A stretch of 62,869 nucleotides of DNA, filler included, from Limisphaerales bacterium (GCA_044225505.1; 4 parts of 4 records of this genome joined end to end with filler, not necessarily neighbours in it), one strand, 5' to 3'; numbered from the whole stretch's first letter, positions 19,343 to 29,215 are shown. Numbers and translations: made by a program. The notes: generated by a model not told the origin, from the sequence alone.

Positions 19343-22033
19343 ATGAAGAGTAATCGCTTGTCTAGTTCCTGCCTCTGCTCTATCCGCGGACGAACCCTCG
19401 CGGTCGCGCTCGCGTTGACGCCTCTTTTAGCCTGGTCCCAATCAACGCTCGACCCGACGTTCCAGCCCGTGATCACGCGACAGTCAGGATTCGGCTCCGC
19501 CGTGGCCATACAACCCGATGGCAAAATTTTGTTGGCCGGCGGATTCAACGCCGTGGATGGAACCGCCCGATCGGGCATCGTTCGGTTCGCCGCCAACGGT
19601 TCGGTCGATCCCACGTTCAAAACCGGCGCCATCTGCTGCGGCGTCAGTGGTGCGGGCGGTTCCGAAGGGTTGGCGGCGATCTCGGCCCTGACCGTTCAAC
19701 CCGACGGCAGAGTGCTCCTGGGCGGAAGCTTCACCAATGTGAACGGAACGGCCCGGGCGGGATTAGCGCGCTTAAACGCCGACGGCTCCTTAGATCCGAC
19801 GTTTGATCCTGGAACAGGCCTTGCCTCCACCTCCCTGTCCGCGGCGCTGCTCCCAGTGGTCTCGATGATTGTGCAACCGGACAAGAAAATTGTGGTTGGA
19901 GGCTATTTTACGTCGGTGAACGGAGTGCCCCGTAGCGGTCTTGTGCGATTGAATGCCAACGGCTCCGTGGACACGGGGTTTGATCCCGGAACTGCCTTGT
20001 CGATCGGATTCCCGGACTTCGGTCCGATCACGGGGATGGCGTTGCTCAGCAACGGGCAACTGCTCGTGGGCGGCACTTTTCAGGCATTTGCCGACGTCAA
20101 ACGGCCTGGGCTGGCGCGCCTAGAGTCCAACGGGAGCCTGGATCAGACGTTTAACCCTGCGATCTACCTTCTGGGAGGAACACCCACGCTTAGCGGGCTT
20201 AATGTCCAAACGGATGGGGCGATCATTTTCAGCGGCAATTTTGGCGGAATCGACGATAACCCTCTGTCTAACCTGGCCAGGCTGAACTCAGAGGGAAAGT
20301 GGGATCCTCAATTCGCCGCGGTCATTGACGATCCAGCTACAGAGACAGACACCGTCTTGAACGGGCAAAGCGGCGGTAAAACGCTGGTCTATCGACAGTT
20401 CAATGATGCCAATGGCGATTTCCACCGCGTCCTCACGCGTCTCAACGCCGATGGTTCGTTCGACGCGACGTTCACCCTCGAACTAGCGCCGAGCGACGGA
20501 CGCATTGCGTTTCGCAATGTGGCCGTGCAAACCGACGGCGCCGTGCTTGCGGCTGGATCCTTCACAACCAGCGGCAACAGCACAGCCCAAGGAATCGTGC
20601 GCGTGAACAGCGGCGGAGCCGTGGACGCCGCTTTCCATCCACAGCTCGAAGTGACGGAGACGGCGGATGCTGATGTCTTGGCAGTCGCTATCCAGGGCGA
20701 TGGCAAAGTCTTGGTCGGCGGTCGTTTTACGCGGATCAACGGAGTCTCCCGCGCCGCGCTTGCACGCCTCAATTCGGATGGCACGCTCGACGCCGCCTTT
20801 GCCCCGGTCCTTCGGAACGACGACAGTCCGGTCAGCGTGGCGGCTTTAGCTGTCCAACCGGATGGAGCCATCCTGGTGGGAGGAATCTTCACTACGGTCA
20901 ATGGCACCATCGTGAATGGAATCGTTCGGCTGACCGCGAACGGCACGGTCGATACCACGTTTGACGTTGGCGCAGGCACAAAAGACAATGATGGGGCTCT
21001 CGGCGGCGTTACGGCCCTGGCCCTCCAACCCGACGGAAAAGTGCTTGTCGCGGGCGGTTTCACCCTCTTGAACAGTCAGTCCACACCCTATCTGGGGCGT
21101 CTCAACACGAACGGTTCGGTCGATACCGGGTTTACCAGTGGCGTTGGCGTTTGCTTCATCTGCGATCCACCGGACATTCGGCATTTAGGCGTGCTTAGCA
21201 ACAGCTTGATTATGGTCAGCGGCGTCTTCAATCGAGTCGATGTCTTCTCCGTCAATGGAGTCGCCCGTCTCCTGACCAATGGCACGGTCGACCTTGACTT
21301 TAAATCGCCCGTTTTGAATACCGAGCAGGTGACCGGAATGACCGTGGGAGTCAACGGAGAGGTCACCATTGCCGTTACCCTGGGCGACACTGTCGACGGA
21401 GCGAATCACACTCGCCTGATCCGATTTAACGCGAACGGCACCGTCGATTCCAACTTCAAGCCCGCCGAGATTGCAGGCGAAGGATTGACGACGGCTCCGG
21501 TGACTGCTCTGCAGTCCGATGCCCAAGGCCGGCTCATCCTTGGCGGTCAATTCCGAGCCATCGGTGAAGTCGCCCAGCGAGGAATCGCACGCCTCAACGG
21601 CGACGGATCCTTGGATACCACCTTTGGCGCAGGCGCGAGCGGTCTGGGGAGCGCGGTCTTTCCCGCGCCCCGAAACGGCGATTTGCTCGTCACCACGATT
21701 GCGTTGGAAGGCAAAGGCAGCGTTCTCATCGGCGGAAGTTTTGCCACCGTCGATCAACAAGTGCGGCTTGGTTTGGCGCGCTTTCAGCCGGACTCGTCCG
21801 TCCCCCCGCCGACGGGCACACTTCGCCTGAGCGGCATTACGCACGCCACGGGCGGGACCGTCTCGTTCCTGGTCACGGGTGAGTCAGGACGAAGCTATCG
21901 GATAGAATCTTCCAGCGATTTGAAGAACTGGACAACCGCCGGGGCCGTGACTGGGGCAACCACTCCGCAACCGTTCAGCGACCCAAACCCCAGCAATGGA
22001 GCCCAACGCTTTTATCGAGCGGTGAGCCCGTAA
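19343..22033 (+). CDS. Secreted delta-60 repeat beta-propeller protein with C-terminal RFYR module
   Basis: Signal peptide; 14 repeats of type AIQPDGKILLAGGF...RLNADGSLDPTF; tail YRIESSSDLKNW...QRFYRAVSP. Confidence 0.92.
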   Translation: MKSNRLSSSCLCSIRGRTLAVALALTPLLAWSQSTLDPTFQPVITRQSGFGSAVAIQPDGKILLAGGFNAVDGTARSGIVRFAANGSVDPTFKTGAICCGVSGAGGSEGLAAISALTVQPDGRVLLGGSFTNVNGTARAGLARLNADGSLDPTFDPGTGLASTSLSAALLPVVSMIVQPDKKIVVGGYFTSVNGVPRSGLVRLNANGSVDTGFDPGTALSIGFPDFGPITGMALLSNGQLLVGGTFQAFADVKRPGLARLESNGSLDQTFNPAIYLLGGTPTLSGLNVQTDGAIIFSGNFGGIDDNPLSNLARLNSEGKWDPQFAAVIDDPATETDTVLNGQSGGKTLVYRQFNDANGDFHRVLTRLNADGSFDATFTLELAPSDGRIAFRNVAVQTDGAVLAAGSFTTSGNSTAQGIVRVNSGGAVDAAFHPQLEVTETADADVLAVAIQGDGKVLVGGRFTRINGVSRAALARLNSDGTLDAAFAPVLRNDDSPVSVAALAVQPDGAILVGGIFTTVNGTIVNGIVRLTANGTVDTTFDVGAGTKDNDGALGGVTALALQPDGKVLVAGGFTLLNSQSTPYLGRLNTNGSVDTGFTSGVGVCFICDPPDIRHLGVLSNSLIMVSGVFNRVDVFSVNGVARLLTNGTVDLDFKSPVLNTEQVTGMTVGVNGEVTIAVTLGDTVDGANHTRLIRFNANGTVDSNFKPAEIAGEGLTTAPVTALQSDAQGRLILGGQFRAIGEVAQRGIARLNGDGSLDTTFGAGASGLGSAVFPAPRNGDLLVTTIALEGKGSVLIGGSFATVDQQVRLGLARFQPDSSVPPPTGTLRLSGITHATGGTVSFLVTGESGRSYRIESSSDLKNWTTAGAVTGATTPQPFSDPNPSNGAQRFYRAVSP

Positions 22034-22043
22034 TGTGCTGAAT

Positions 22044-24137
22044 TCAGGCGGAAAGCTTGGCCATGACATTGAGCGATGCACTCTCGGCGCCGAGATTCTG
22101 ATCCGAGATGAACCGAAGCAAGCTCAGGTTGGAGTCTGGAACGAGGCCCGAAGTCTCGCGATAGATCGCGCAGACCCGCCCTCCTGCGTCCAACGCCCAA
22201 CCTGTCAAAAGCCCGACACCGGCGAATTCATGCCGAATGCCGTTCTCTGAGCAGACCAATCCCAAAGGCGTAAATCGCACATAGTCCTCCCCGTCGCGAA
22301 ATTCCATGCCATTGGGTGCGCATCGTTTGAAGCCGATAAATTCTGGACTACGCGTGTCCAGGACGATGCTGTCCGGCGTCACGGGTAAGGCGTAGGTTCC
22401 GGCAACAGACGCCAACATTTCGAATAGTCGTTCTTCTCGACTTACCGGCCAGATCAACGAGTCCCCAGCACTCAGTTCGGCCACTGGCAGGAGCATGTCG
22501 GAAAACGGAGTCCGGTAATTTCGCTCCGTATTTCCACGCAGGAACCGGTCGAATTCATCTGAGATAATGAACTTTAACCCCGCTCCGCTGCTGGTCTCCA
22601 CCACACCCCGAAGTGCGTTGCCAGGCTGCCCCACATAATCATCCAACCGAGCGAGAAAGAGCCGCGTCTCCGGGCCAAAGCGCATGTATCCAAACGGCGC
22701 TTGGCAGAGGAGATAATGCGGTGCTAGCACAATTTCCCATGGGACAGTGCCACCGTCCTTCCCAGCAAAGGCCAATGCGATAGCGGGAAAGCCATGGTCA
22801 TTGCTCACCGCATCGTTCGGGTGCTTTTGTCGCAACGCTTCGAACACCGCTTCGTTAACCTCCTGCCCCGACTTGACCGAGACTGATCCAAACAGTTCTT
22901 TAGCCCACTGGCCAAACAGCTCCACGGTGGGCGACACCCCCGCGGGTTCTTTCACCACGGCCCTGAGATCGGGAACAGGCACCTGCTCCAAAAGTGGCTC
23001 CGGCTCCGATGGGCCTACCGGCGTTTGGGGCTGAGGCGGCGGCGGCGGTGCGACGCGCTCGGTTTTGGTCACGTCCACGACAGGCGGAGCCGATGGAGCG
23101 GGCAACGCCTCGGGCGGGGCTGTTACAACCGGTTTAACCGACACCGTCCGTAGGCACGAATTCAAAACCTCGGCCAAGCGTCGGGCGTCCGCCGCTGTCG
23201 CCAGGGGAAGAGTTTCCGACCGCTTCTCGGCCTGCCCAGGGACCGGCTGCTCGATGATAATCCGGTCGTTCATGGCCGTCATTGAAATCGTCACGTCCGG
23301 CAAGAAGAGTTTCTCCGCCGCAAGCTTCGCCATGTTCGCCCGGATCAAAAGGGCGCCCGCGGCCTCCGTTCCATCTTGCCGATGGATGACCAAGTGAAAA
23401 CGATTGTCATGAGCCCCTTTAACAACATCCACTCGGACAGGGACGGACCGTTCTGCTGGGGTCGGGATGAAACCGGTCTGTGTCGCCACTCCGCCCAGCA
23501 GGTGGGACCGGATCAGTGCCTCGACCCCCTCTGGAGAAGCGTGCTCTAAGTTTTCAATGCCGGGTTCCTCAATAAAGTTCTCCCCATCCCAACGCGTCAC
23601 CACCAAACGGATCCCGGACTTCTGTAGACTGATGTGCGGTTTCAACAGCCGCATTTTCTGAAAGGACTCCAAAGCCGCATCGAGTTTTTCGGTCTTGGTC
23701 TCTCCAAACCGTGTGCGGTAAACGACGTGGAACTCAAATCCATCCCGAGTCACACGAACGCCCTCGCTGAAATTTTGTGAAGTTTCCTCTGGCCCATCAA
23801 CTTTCGGACGCGGGTGCGGCCCGGGGCTTGAGCTTGGGCTCGGTGTTACTCGATGGAGGTTCAAGATGCTCTCCAACTGCTCGGCGGCGTGCGCATCCGC
23901 GTAGGGCAAATGCTGGCCGTCCACGGTCACGCCGTCATCCCCGAAAACAAGGTTGTGCCGCTCCACAATACCAACCGCAGCCCACCGGTTCATCGCGCTA
24001 CTATCGGTGAGCGTAATGGTATCCGTGCCCCATGTGAGCTTGAAGACCGGTCTTGACCCTTCCGTGGCTAGAACCACCTTGACTTTAGGTTTCGACCTAC
24101 CTGACTCCGATGTGGATGGAAGAGGGCTCGAATTCAT
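22044..24137 (-). CDS. Hypothetical protein with divergent internal repeats and Pro-rich linker
   Basis: Long uninterrupted ORF filling the space between two real genes; no family recognised; start could be as far up as 24221. Confidence 0.8.
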   Translation of the reverse strand: MNSSPLPSTSESGRSKPKVKVVLATEGSRPVFKLTWGTDTITLTDSSAMNRWAAVGIVERHNLVFGDDGVTVDGQHLPYADAHAAEQLESILNLHRVTPSPSSSPGPHPRPKVDGPEETSQNFSEGVRVTRDGFEFHVVYRTRFGETKTEKLDAALESFQKMRLLKPHISLQKSGIRLVVTRWDGENFIEEPGIENLEHASPEGVEALIRSHLLGGVATQTGFIPTPAERSVPVRVDVVKGAHDNRFHLVIHRQDGTEAAGALLIRANMAKLAAEKLFLPDVTISMTAMNDRIIIEQPVPGQAEKRSETLPLATAADARRLAEVLNSCLRTVSVKPVVTAPPEALPAPSAPPVVDVTKTERVAPPPPPQPQTPVGPSEPEPLLEQVPVPDLRAVVKEPAGVSPTVELFGQWAKELFGSVSVKSGQEVNEAVFEALRQKHPNDAVSNDHGFPAIALAFAGKDGGTVPWEIVLAPHYLLCQAPFGYMRFGPETRLFLARLDDYVGQPGNALRGVVETSSGAGLKFIISDEFDRFLRGNTERNYRTPFSDMLLPVAELSAGDSLIWPVSREERLFEMLASVAGTYALPVTPDSIVLDTRSPEFIGFKRCAPNGMEFRDGEDYVRFTPLGLVCSENGIRHEFAGVGLLTGWALDAGGRVCAIYRETSGLVPDSNLSLLRFISDQNLGAESASLNVMAKLSA

Positions 24138-24369
24138 AGCGTGCCGCAATCCGTCGGAAAGCTCCTGATACAAAGAGTCTACGCCAGAACAGATCAGAGT
24201 CAATCTACGACTCAGCATCAAATATTAGGAACACTTTTTCCTTCCACTCCCAAATCCTACGCCCACGCCGGGATTTAAACCCGGTCCCGACGCGATCGGG
24301 TGTCGGCGAAGTGACTCACGCAGAAGCGGAGATTGACGCGAGGAGAAAAATTGATCAGAGCTTGTGGGT

Positions 24370-25161
24370 ATGGAGCTCGATCCCGTTCAACGTGCTTCGC
24401 AAGAGCAATTTGGCAAGCAAAGCCAGCATTACGGCAAAGGGCACGTGTTGGAGAACGTCTCCGATGTGGAAGATGCCCTCCGGCATATGTCGTTGCCGAA
24501 ATGCGCGCACGTCCTGGATGTCGCAACGGGTGCGGGACACACCGGTTTGTTCCTCGCCTCGCTCGGACACCAAGTGACGCTTTCGGACATCGCCCAACCG
24601 ATGCTCGATCACGCCACGGAAACGGCTCGAGGACGCGGCCTTCATATCCTGACTCGGCAGCATACCGCCGAAGACTTTCCTTACCCGGACGCCAGTTTCG
24701 ACCTCGTGACATGCCGTGTGGCGGCGCACCACTTTAGTTCGCCGGAGGCGTTTGTGCGCGAGTCCGCTCGGGTGTTGCGGGCGAGTGGTTATCTGCTCCT
24801 CATCGATGGGACTGTGGAAAACGATCAGCTCCAAGCCGAAGAATGGGCGCATCAGGTCGAAAAGCTCCGCGATCCGAGCCACCAGCGCTTGCTCACACCG
24901 CGGCGATGGCACGAGTTCTGTGCCAAGTTCGGACTCCTCGTCCGGCACGCGCAAATCACTCCGTTTAAACAACCGGATTTGAATTGGTACTTTGACGCCG
25001 CGGCGACGGCGCCGGAAAACCGCAAAGCCGTGCTGAGACTCGTGGCGGAAGCCCCGGCAGCCGCGAAAGCGCTGTTTCGGCTAGGAGAAGAGAACGGCAA
25101 GATTGTTTGGTGGTGGCAGCGGCTCACTTTGGTAGCGGAAAAAATAGCGAGTGCCACCTGA
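24370..25161 (+). CDS. Class I SAM-dependent methyltransferase
   Basis: VLDVATGAGHT, FPYPDASFDLVTCRVAAHHF, KLRDPSH. Confidence 0.92.
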   Translation: MELDPVQRASQEQFGKQSQHYGKGHVLENVSDVEDALRHMSLPKCAHVLDVATGAGHTGLFLASLGHQVTLSDIAQPMLDHATETARGRGLHILTRQHTAEDFPYPDASFDLVTCRVAAHHFSSPEAFVRESARVLRASGYLLLIDGTVENDQLQAEEWAHQVEKLRDPSHQRLLTPRRWHEFCAKFGLLVRHAQITPFKQPDLNWYFDAAATAPENRKAVLRLVAEAPAAAKALFRLGEENGKIVWWWQRLTLVAEKIASAT

Positions 25162-25200
25162 ATTGCCCCCACGCAAATCTGTGAACTCGGAGTCGGTCTT

Positions 25201-25236
25201 CGAGCCGCTCGGTGTTCAACGCGACCGAGCGGCTCG
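25201..25236. terminator. 13-bp perfect hairpin between convergent genes
   Basis: CGAGCCGCTCGGT-N10-ACCGAGCGGCTCG; no U tract, so terminator function is uncertain. Confidence 0.5.
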
Positions 25237-25247
25237 GCTAATCTCGC

Positions 25248-26588
25248 TCAGAGCGGCTTGATTTGAACCCGACGGAAGCAGACTGGATCATTGTGTCCAG
25301 CGAATCCAAAATGACCTTCAGTACGGTCTTTCCCAGGATGGGCAGACCCAGCCATAAACTCTTTCACGTCGGCCAGGTCGCAGTTGAGAATAACGGTCCC
25401 ATTCAGTTCAACGCGCAATCGGGAGCCGTCCACCGTAACTTCTTCGAAATTCCATTCTCCAATCGGTCGTTGGTAACCGCGCTGAGCTCCGACCATGCCG
25501 TAGGCAGAACCATGCACTTGGCGGGGGTCAATCTTTTGGCCGGTGGCTTGTTCGTAATGCTCATCCAAAACCTGTAACTCGCACATTCCTTCGTAGGCGG
25601 TGTCGCCTTTGCCCGGATAGCGGATGGCTAAACCGTTATTTCCGCCGGGCGGGAGTTTGAATTCCAAGCGGGCGGCAAAGTTGCGAAACTCCTGCGTGGT
25701 ATAGATGGTGCCCCCCTTCCCCGCGCGGCAGCAAATGGCGCCGTCTTTGATTTCATATTCGCTGACCGGCCCTGCCCAACCGGCGAAATCCTGTCCGTTA
25801 AACGCGCTCTTGAACCCGCCCGCATTGTGGTTCGCGAGAATCCGATTGGCCTCGTCTCCGCTGATTTCGCGAATGAAAACGTTCCGCCATCGGATCTCGC
25901 CGCCGTGGGTCTGAAGCTGAATGGGGCCTTGGGCGGGAACTGGTGTGGCTCGATCGTAATAATTTTCCAGCACCGCATGGTCGACCACGAGTTTGTCATT
26001 GAGCCAAACGCTGACGCGGGAGCCGACCATCACAATGCGGAACGAGTTCCATTCGCCAAAAGGTTTGTCGGCGAGAACGAGCGGATCTTTGCCAGGTGCC
26101 CCAGCGCTGTTATTCCAAAGGCCGCCCGAACCTTTATCCGCCCCGAGAGAGAACTTCTCTTTCTCCGTATAATCCCAGATTTGGACTTGAGGAACGCCTC
26201 GCAGGTAAATTCCTGAGTCCGCCTTGGCTACGGTGCGATATTCCAGACGCAGTTCGAAATCGCCGTAATCCCGCTCGGTGGTGGCGTAGGCGCCCTGGCC
26301 GTCATTGATCAATTCATTGTTCTCCGCGCGCCAGTGCGCCTTCATGGTTTCGGTCCATTTGGCGATCTGCTCCGCGCGCTTTTCGGCGGGCATCTCGAGC
26401 AACTTGCGATGGTCGAAAGTGTCGCCCCCCCGCCAGCCGGCGAGATCAGTGCCATTGAAGAGAGCGCGGAAGCCCGCGGGAGTTTGGACTTGCCCATGCA
26501 AAACGTTGGGCACAGCCAGCAAGGTCGCGCAAAGGGCAAACCAAGCCGCGGTTTTGGAAGAACGCATTCGGTGAGTCTGGCAATTCAT
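25248..26588 (-). CDS. Tandem DUF1080 (3-keto-disaccharide hydrolase family) secreted protein
   Basis: Two copies of LFNG.DL.GW...DF.L.LE...(D/N)SG...GEWN...G.I.LQ.H pattern; signal peptide. Confidence 0.9.
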   Translation of the reverse strand: MNCQTHRMRSSKTAAWFALCATLLAVPNVLHGQVQTPAGFRALFNGTDLAGWRGGDTFDHRKLLEMPAEKRAEQIAKWTETMKAHWRAENNELINDGQGAYATTERDYGDFELRLEYRTVAKADSGIYLRGVPQVQIWDYTEKEKFSLGADKGSGGLWNNSAGAPGKDPLVLADKPFGEWNSFRIVMVGSRVSVWLNDKLVVDHAVLENYYDRATPVPAQGPIQLQTHGGEIRWRNVFIREISGDEANRILANHNAGGFKSAFNGQDFAGWAGPVSEYEIKDGAICCRAGKGGTIYTTQEFRNFAARLEFKLPPGGNNGLAIRYPGKGDTAYEGMCELQVLDEHYEQATGQKIDPRQVHGSAYGMVGAQRGYQRPIGEWNFEEVTVDGSRLRVELNGTVILNCDLADVKEFMAGSAHPGKDRTEGHFGFAGHNDPVCFRRVQIKPL

Positions 26589-26759
26589 AAAGTGGATCGG
26601 TGATACCCCTTGTGGCTACGAACGTCAACGCGCGATGTGCGCCGGCGGCTGTGGCATAGCGGTACCCCAGCGGCGATCAGCACCGCGTATTGACCGGACG
26701 CCGATACCGCAGCGGCAATGCTTCCGCGCACTTAGTCAGTCCGTCGCTGCGAACCAACG

Positions 26760-27542
26760 TTATCTAAACAGCTCGGAGAAGAACTGTTTCATCGCCTCCC
26801 AAGAACGGCGATCAGCCTTTTCATTGTAGGCCGCTCCCTTGGAGTTGTCATTTCCCGCGCTGAGATCAGTGAATGAATGAACCGCGCCGCCATACGCGAC
26901 AAACTGCCAATCCACCCCGCTCTGGCGCATTTCGTTCTCGAATGCTTCCACTTCCTTCGGGGGGACGGCGGGATCATCCGCGCCATGGAGCACCAAGACT
27001 TTGCAGCGGATACGCTTGGCCTCATCTGGAGCGGGAGTGCCCAACCCCCCGTGAAAACTCACCACGCCGTTTAATTCGGCACCACTCCGAGCCAACTCCA
27101 GAACGGTCGTGCCGCCGAAACAATAGCCAATCGCCGCCATCCGCTGCGGATCGGTCAACTCATGCCCACGCAGCCAGTCAAACCCAGCGCGGGCCCGGGC
27201 TTTAAGCAAAGATCGGTCGGATTTGTACCGGCCAGCTTGCGCGGCGGCCTCCTCACGCGAGACCGGTCGGATCCCTTTCCCATAAATATCCACGGCGAAG
27301 ACGTTATAACCCAACTGCGCGAGCATTTCCGCGCGCCGTCGTTCGTACGGGCCAAGCCCTTTCCATTGGTGAGCCACGAGAATCGCGGGGCGTTTGCCGG
27401 AAAGAGCGTCATCGTAAACCGAGAGTCCTTCGAGCACGGTCTCGCCTTGTTTGTATTCGACGGTCTTGAACTGAATCGCAGCGTGGAGAGAATAGCTTAA
27501 GCCAGCCAGCAGCAACGCCATCGCACGGAATCGTATCGACAT
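26760..27542 (-). CDS. Dienelactone hydrolase family protein, secreted
   Basis: Nucleophile elbow GYCFGG, SFHGGL, HGADDP, GAVHSFT; signal peptide; start uncertain (27551 possible). Confidence 0.93.
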   Translation of the reverse strand: MSIRFRAMALLLAGLSYSLHAAIQFKTVEYKQGETVLEGLSVYDDALSGKRPAILVAHQWKGLGPYERRRAEMLAQLGYNVFAVDIYGKGIRPVSREEAAAQAGRYKSDRSLLKARARAGFDWLRGHELTDPQRMAAIGYCFGGTTVLELARSGAELNGVVSFHGGLGTPAPDEAKRIRCKVLVLHGADDPAVPPKEVEAFENEMRQSGVDWQFVAYGGAVHSFTDLSAGNDNSKGAAYNEKADRRSWEAMKQFFSELFR

Positions 27543-28626
27543 AATGATCATTGGTTAAGGGTTCATGTGTGTTCCGGGTCCCGCGGGGCCCGCAGGAGAC
27601 GTTGCTGCGCGCAGCAGTTCCGGGTCCCGCAGGAGACTTTCCTGCGCGCAGCAAGCTCCCGATCCGGGTAAAGGTTTCCAACGGAAAACCCATGGCTCGT
27701 TTTAGTTGGTAATCGCGTTCGAGAACATTCGGCTCGCGCTCCCAGCGACGGAACGTTGCCCAGTCAATGTACCGTTCGATCCACGCCCAATGCCCAAGGA
27801 CTGGAACGGGATAATCACTGCCATGGACCAAGCGATCGGCCAGTGGTCCTTGCCGGCACCACGGGATGACGCTGCCGCGGATGGGAACGTTGAAAGCGCT
27901 AATATCACCATACAACCTTGGGTATTTATGAGTCATCTCGACGAAGGCGTCAAAGTACTGTGGTTCGAACGGAGCGCTTTGGGTCGCACAGTGAGCAGCG
28001 ATAACAGTCACCCCACATTGCAATGGCCATTCGAGAATTCGCGGATCGCGTAGGTCGGGGCGGAAGACCGGCAAAGTATGCTCTCCCCCAGTATGGGCGA
28101 GCAGCGGCAGCCCAGCCTCAGCCATTCGTTCCCAAAACCGCGTGTAACGACGGTCCCGGCAGTCGATGTTTTGGTAGACGGGCAAGCACTTCATCATCAC
28201 CGCACCGCGCGACAGGCAGTAATCCAGTTCTTCGAACGCGTCTGGCCGGATCGGGTGGATGGATACCGCCGGTAGAAATTCCCGATGCCGTTCGGCGAGG
28301 TCCAGGACATAAGCGTTCGGGACATAAGCCGGGCTCAAAGCATCTCGCGGATGGGCATCGTCCCCGTAAACCCTCTCTTGAGCGAGAATCACAGCAGCGT
28401 CTAGGGAGGACGATTGTACCCAATGCAGGAGCTGAGCAACGTAAAGTTGGTCCAGGTCACCCCAGAGAACGCGGAGCGGCAACCCAATATGGCGGGCCAT
28501 GAACGCGCTCACTGGCCAACGCCACCACGGCGTTTTCAGCCAGCATCCACTGCCAGAACTGCCGTTGCCAACCAGATGCACGTGCATATCGATGCACCTG
28601 ACTTCGCTCTGGAGTTTCGCTTGCAT
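27409..28626 (-). CDS. Amidohydrolase family protein (amidohydro_2); 3' end runs into the next gene
   Basis: IDMHVH, LLAHTGGE, VIAAHC, LYGDIS, VHGSDYP; last ~80 codons look non-homologous. Confidence 0.85.
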   Translation of the reverse strand: MQAKLQSEVRCIDMHVHLVGNGSSGSGCWLKTPWWRWPVSAFMARHIGLPLRVLWGDLDQLYVAQLLHWVQSSSLDAAVILAQERVYGDDAHPRDALSPAYVPNAYVLDLAERHREFLPAVSIHPIRPDAFEELDYCLSRGAVMMKCLPVYQNIDCRDRRYTRFWERMAEAGLPLLAHTGGEHTLPVFRPDLRDPRILEWPLQCGVTVIAAHCATQSAPFEPQYFDAFVEMTHKYPRLYGDISAFNVPIRGSVIPWCRQGPLADRLVHGSDYPVPVLGHWAWIERYIDWATFRRWEREPNVLERDYQLKRAMGFPLETFTRIGSLLRAGKSPAGPGTAARSNVSCGPRGTRNTHEPLTNDHYVDTIPCDGVAAGWLKLFSPRCDSVQDRRIQTRRDRARRTLGLR

Positions 28627-28810
28627 GGGTGCCACTGGCTTGGAGCGTTCGGTTGATAATGAAGCGCCCACCACGAACGCGCCAGCGGATTTTCCCCAGG
28701 ACGATCGCACGCCCCGCGGATCAGGAATCATTCTCTCGATCGCTTATTGAAGCGCAGAAGAAGTTCGGGCAGAGTCGTGCTCAGATCGATTGCAGCAATC
28801 ACGGGTTTAC

Positions 28811-29215
28811 ATGAATATTCAAATTGCGGTTCTGTGTGACGCGGCCACGGATTACAACGGGAAGTTGAACATCCTAGGCACTTTCGACACCATCATCACC
28901 AGTCAGTTGCCAGCCGTCCACCCGCAATGCTCGATTGCCCTGCGCCTGGCGTTTAACAAGATCGAGGAAGGGTCGCACAAGGTAAAAATGAACTTTGTCG
29001 ACGAAGATGGGAAACTGGTTATGCCCAGTATCGACATGCCCGTAGATGTGGTGGTCCCGAACGAGTTAAATTTTCTGGTGCGCAATTTCGTGATCAACAT
29101 TCAGCAGCTGAAGTTCGAAAAGCCCGGGCAATATTCCATTGATGTGGCGGTTGACGGACGCCACGAGACGAGCATACCCCTTTTAGTACGCCATCAGACC
29201 AACAAGAACGATTAG
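28811..29215 (+). CDS. Conserved hypothetical protein (DUF6941-like)
   Basis: AVLCDAATDYNGKLNILGTFD...FEKPGQYSI; family assignment from recall. Confidence 0.75.
   Translation: MNIQIAVLCDAATDYNGKLNILGTFDTIITSQLPAVHPQCSIALRLAFNKIEEGSHKVKMNFVDEDGKLVMPSIDMPVDVVVPNELNFLVRNFVINIQQLKFEKPGQYSIDVAVDGRHETSIPLLVRHQTNKND

Noticed and set aside
19343..21790. Periodic DNA similarity suggesting an array
   Set aside because: Explained by protein-level delta-60 repeats in one ORF; no identical repeats with unique spacers, so not CRISPR
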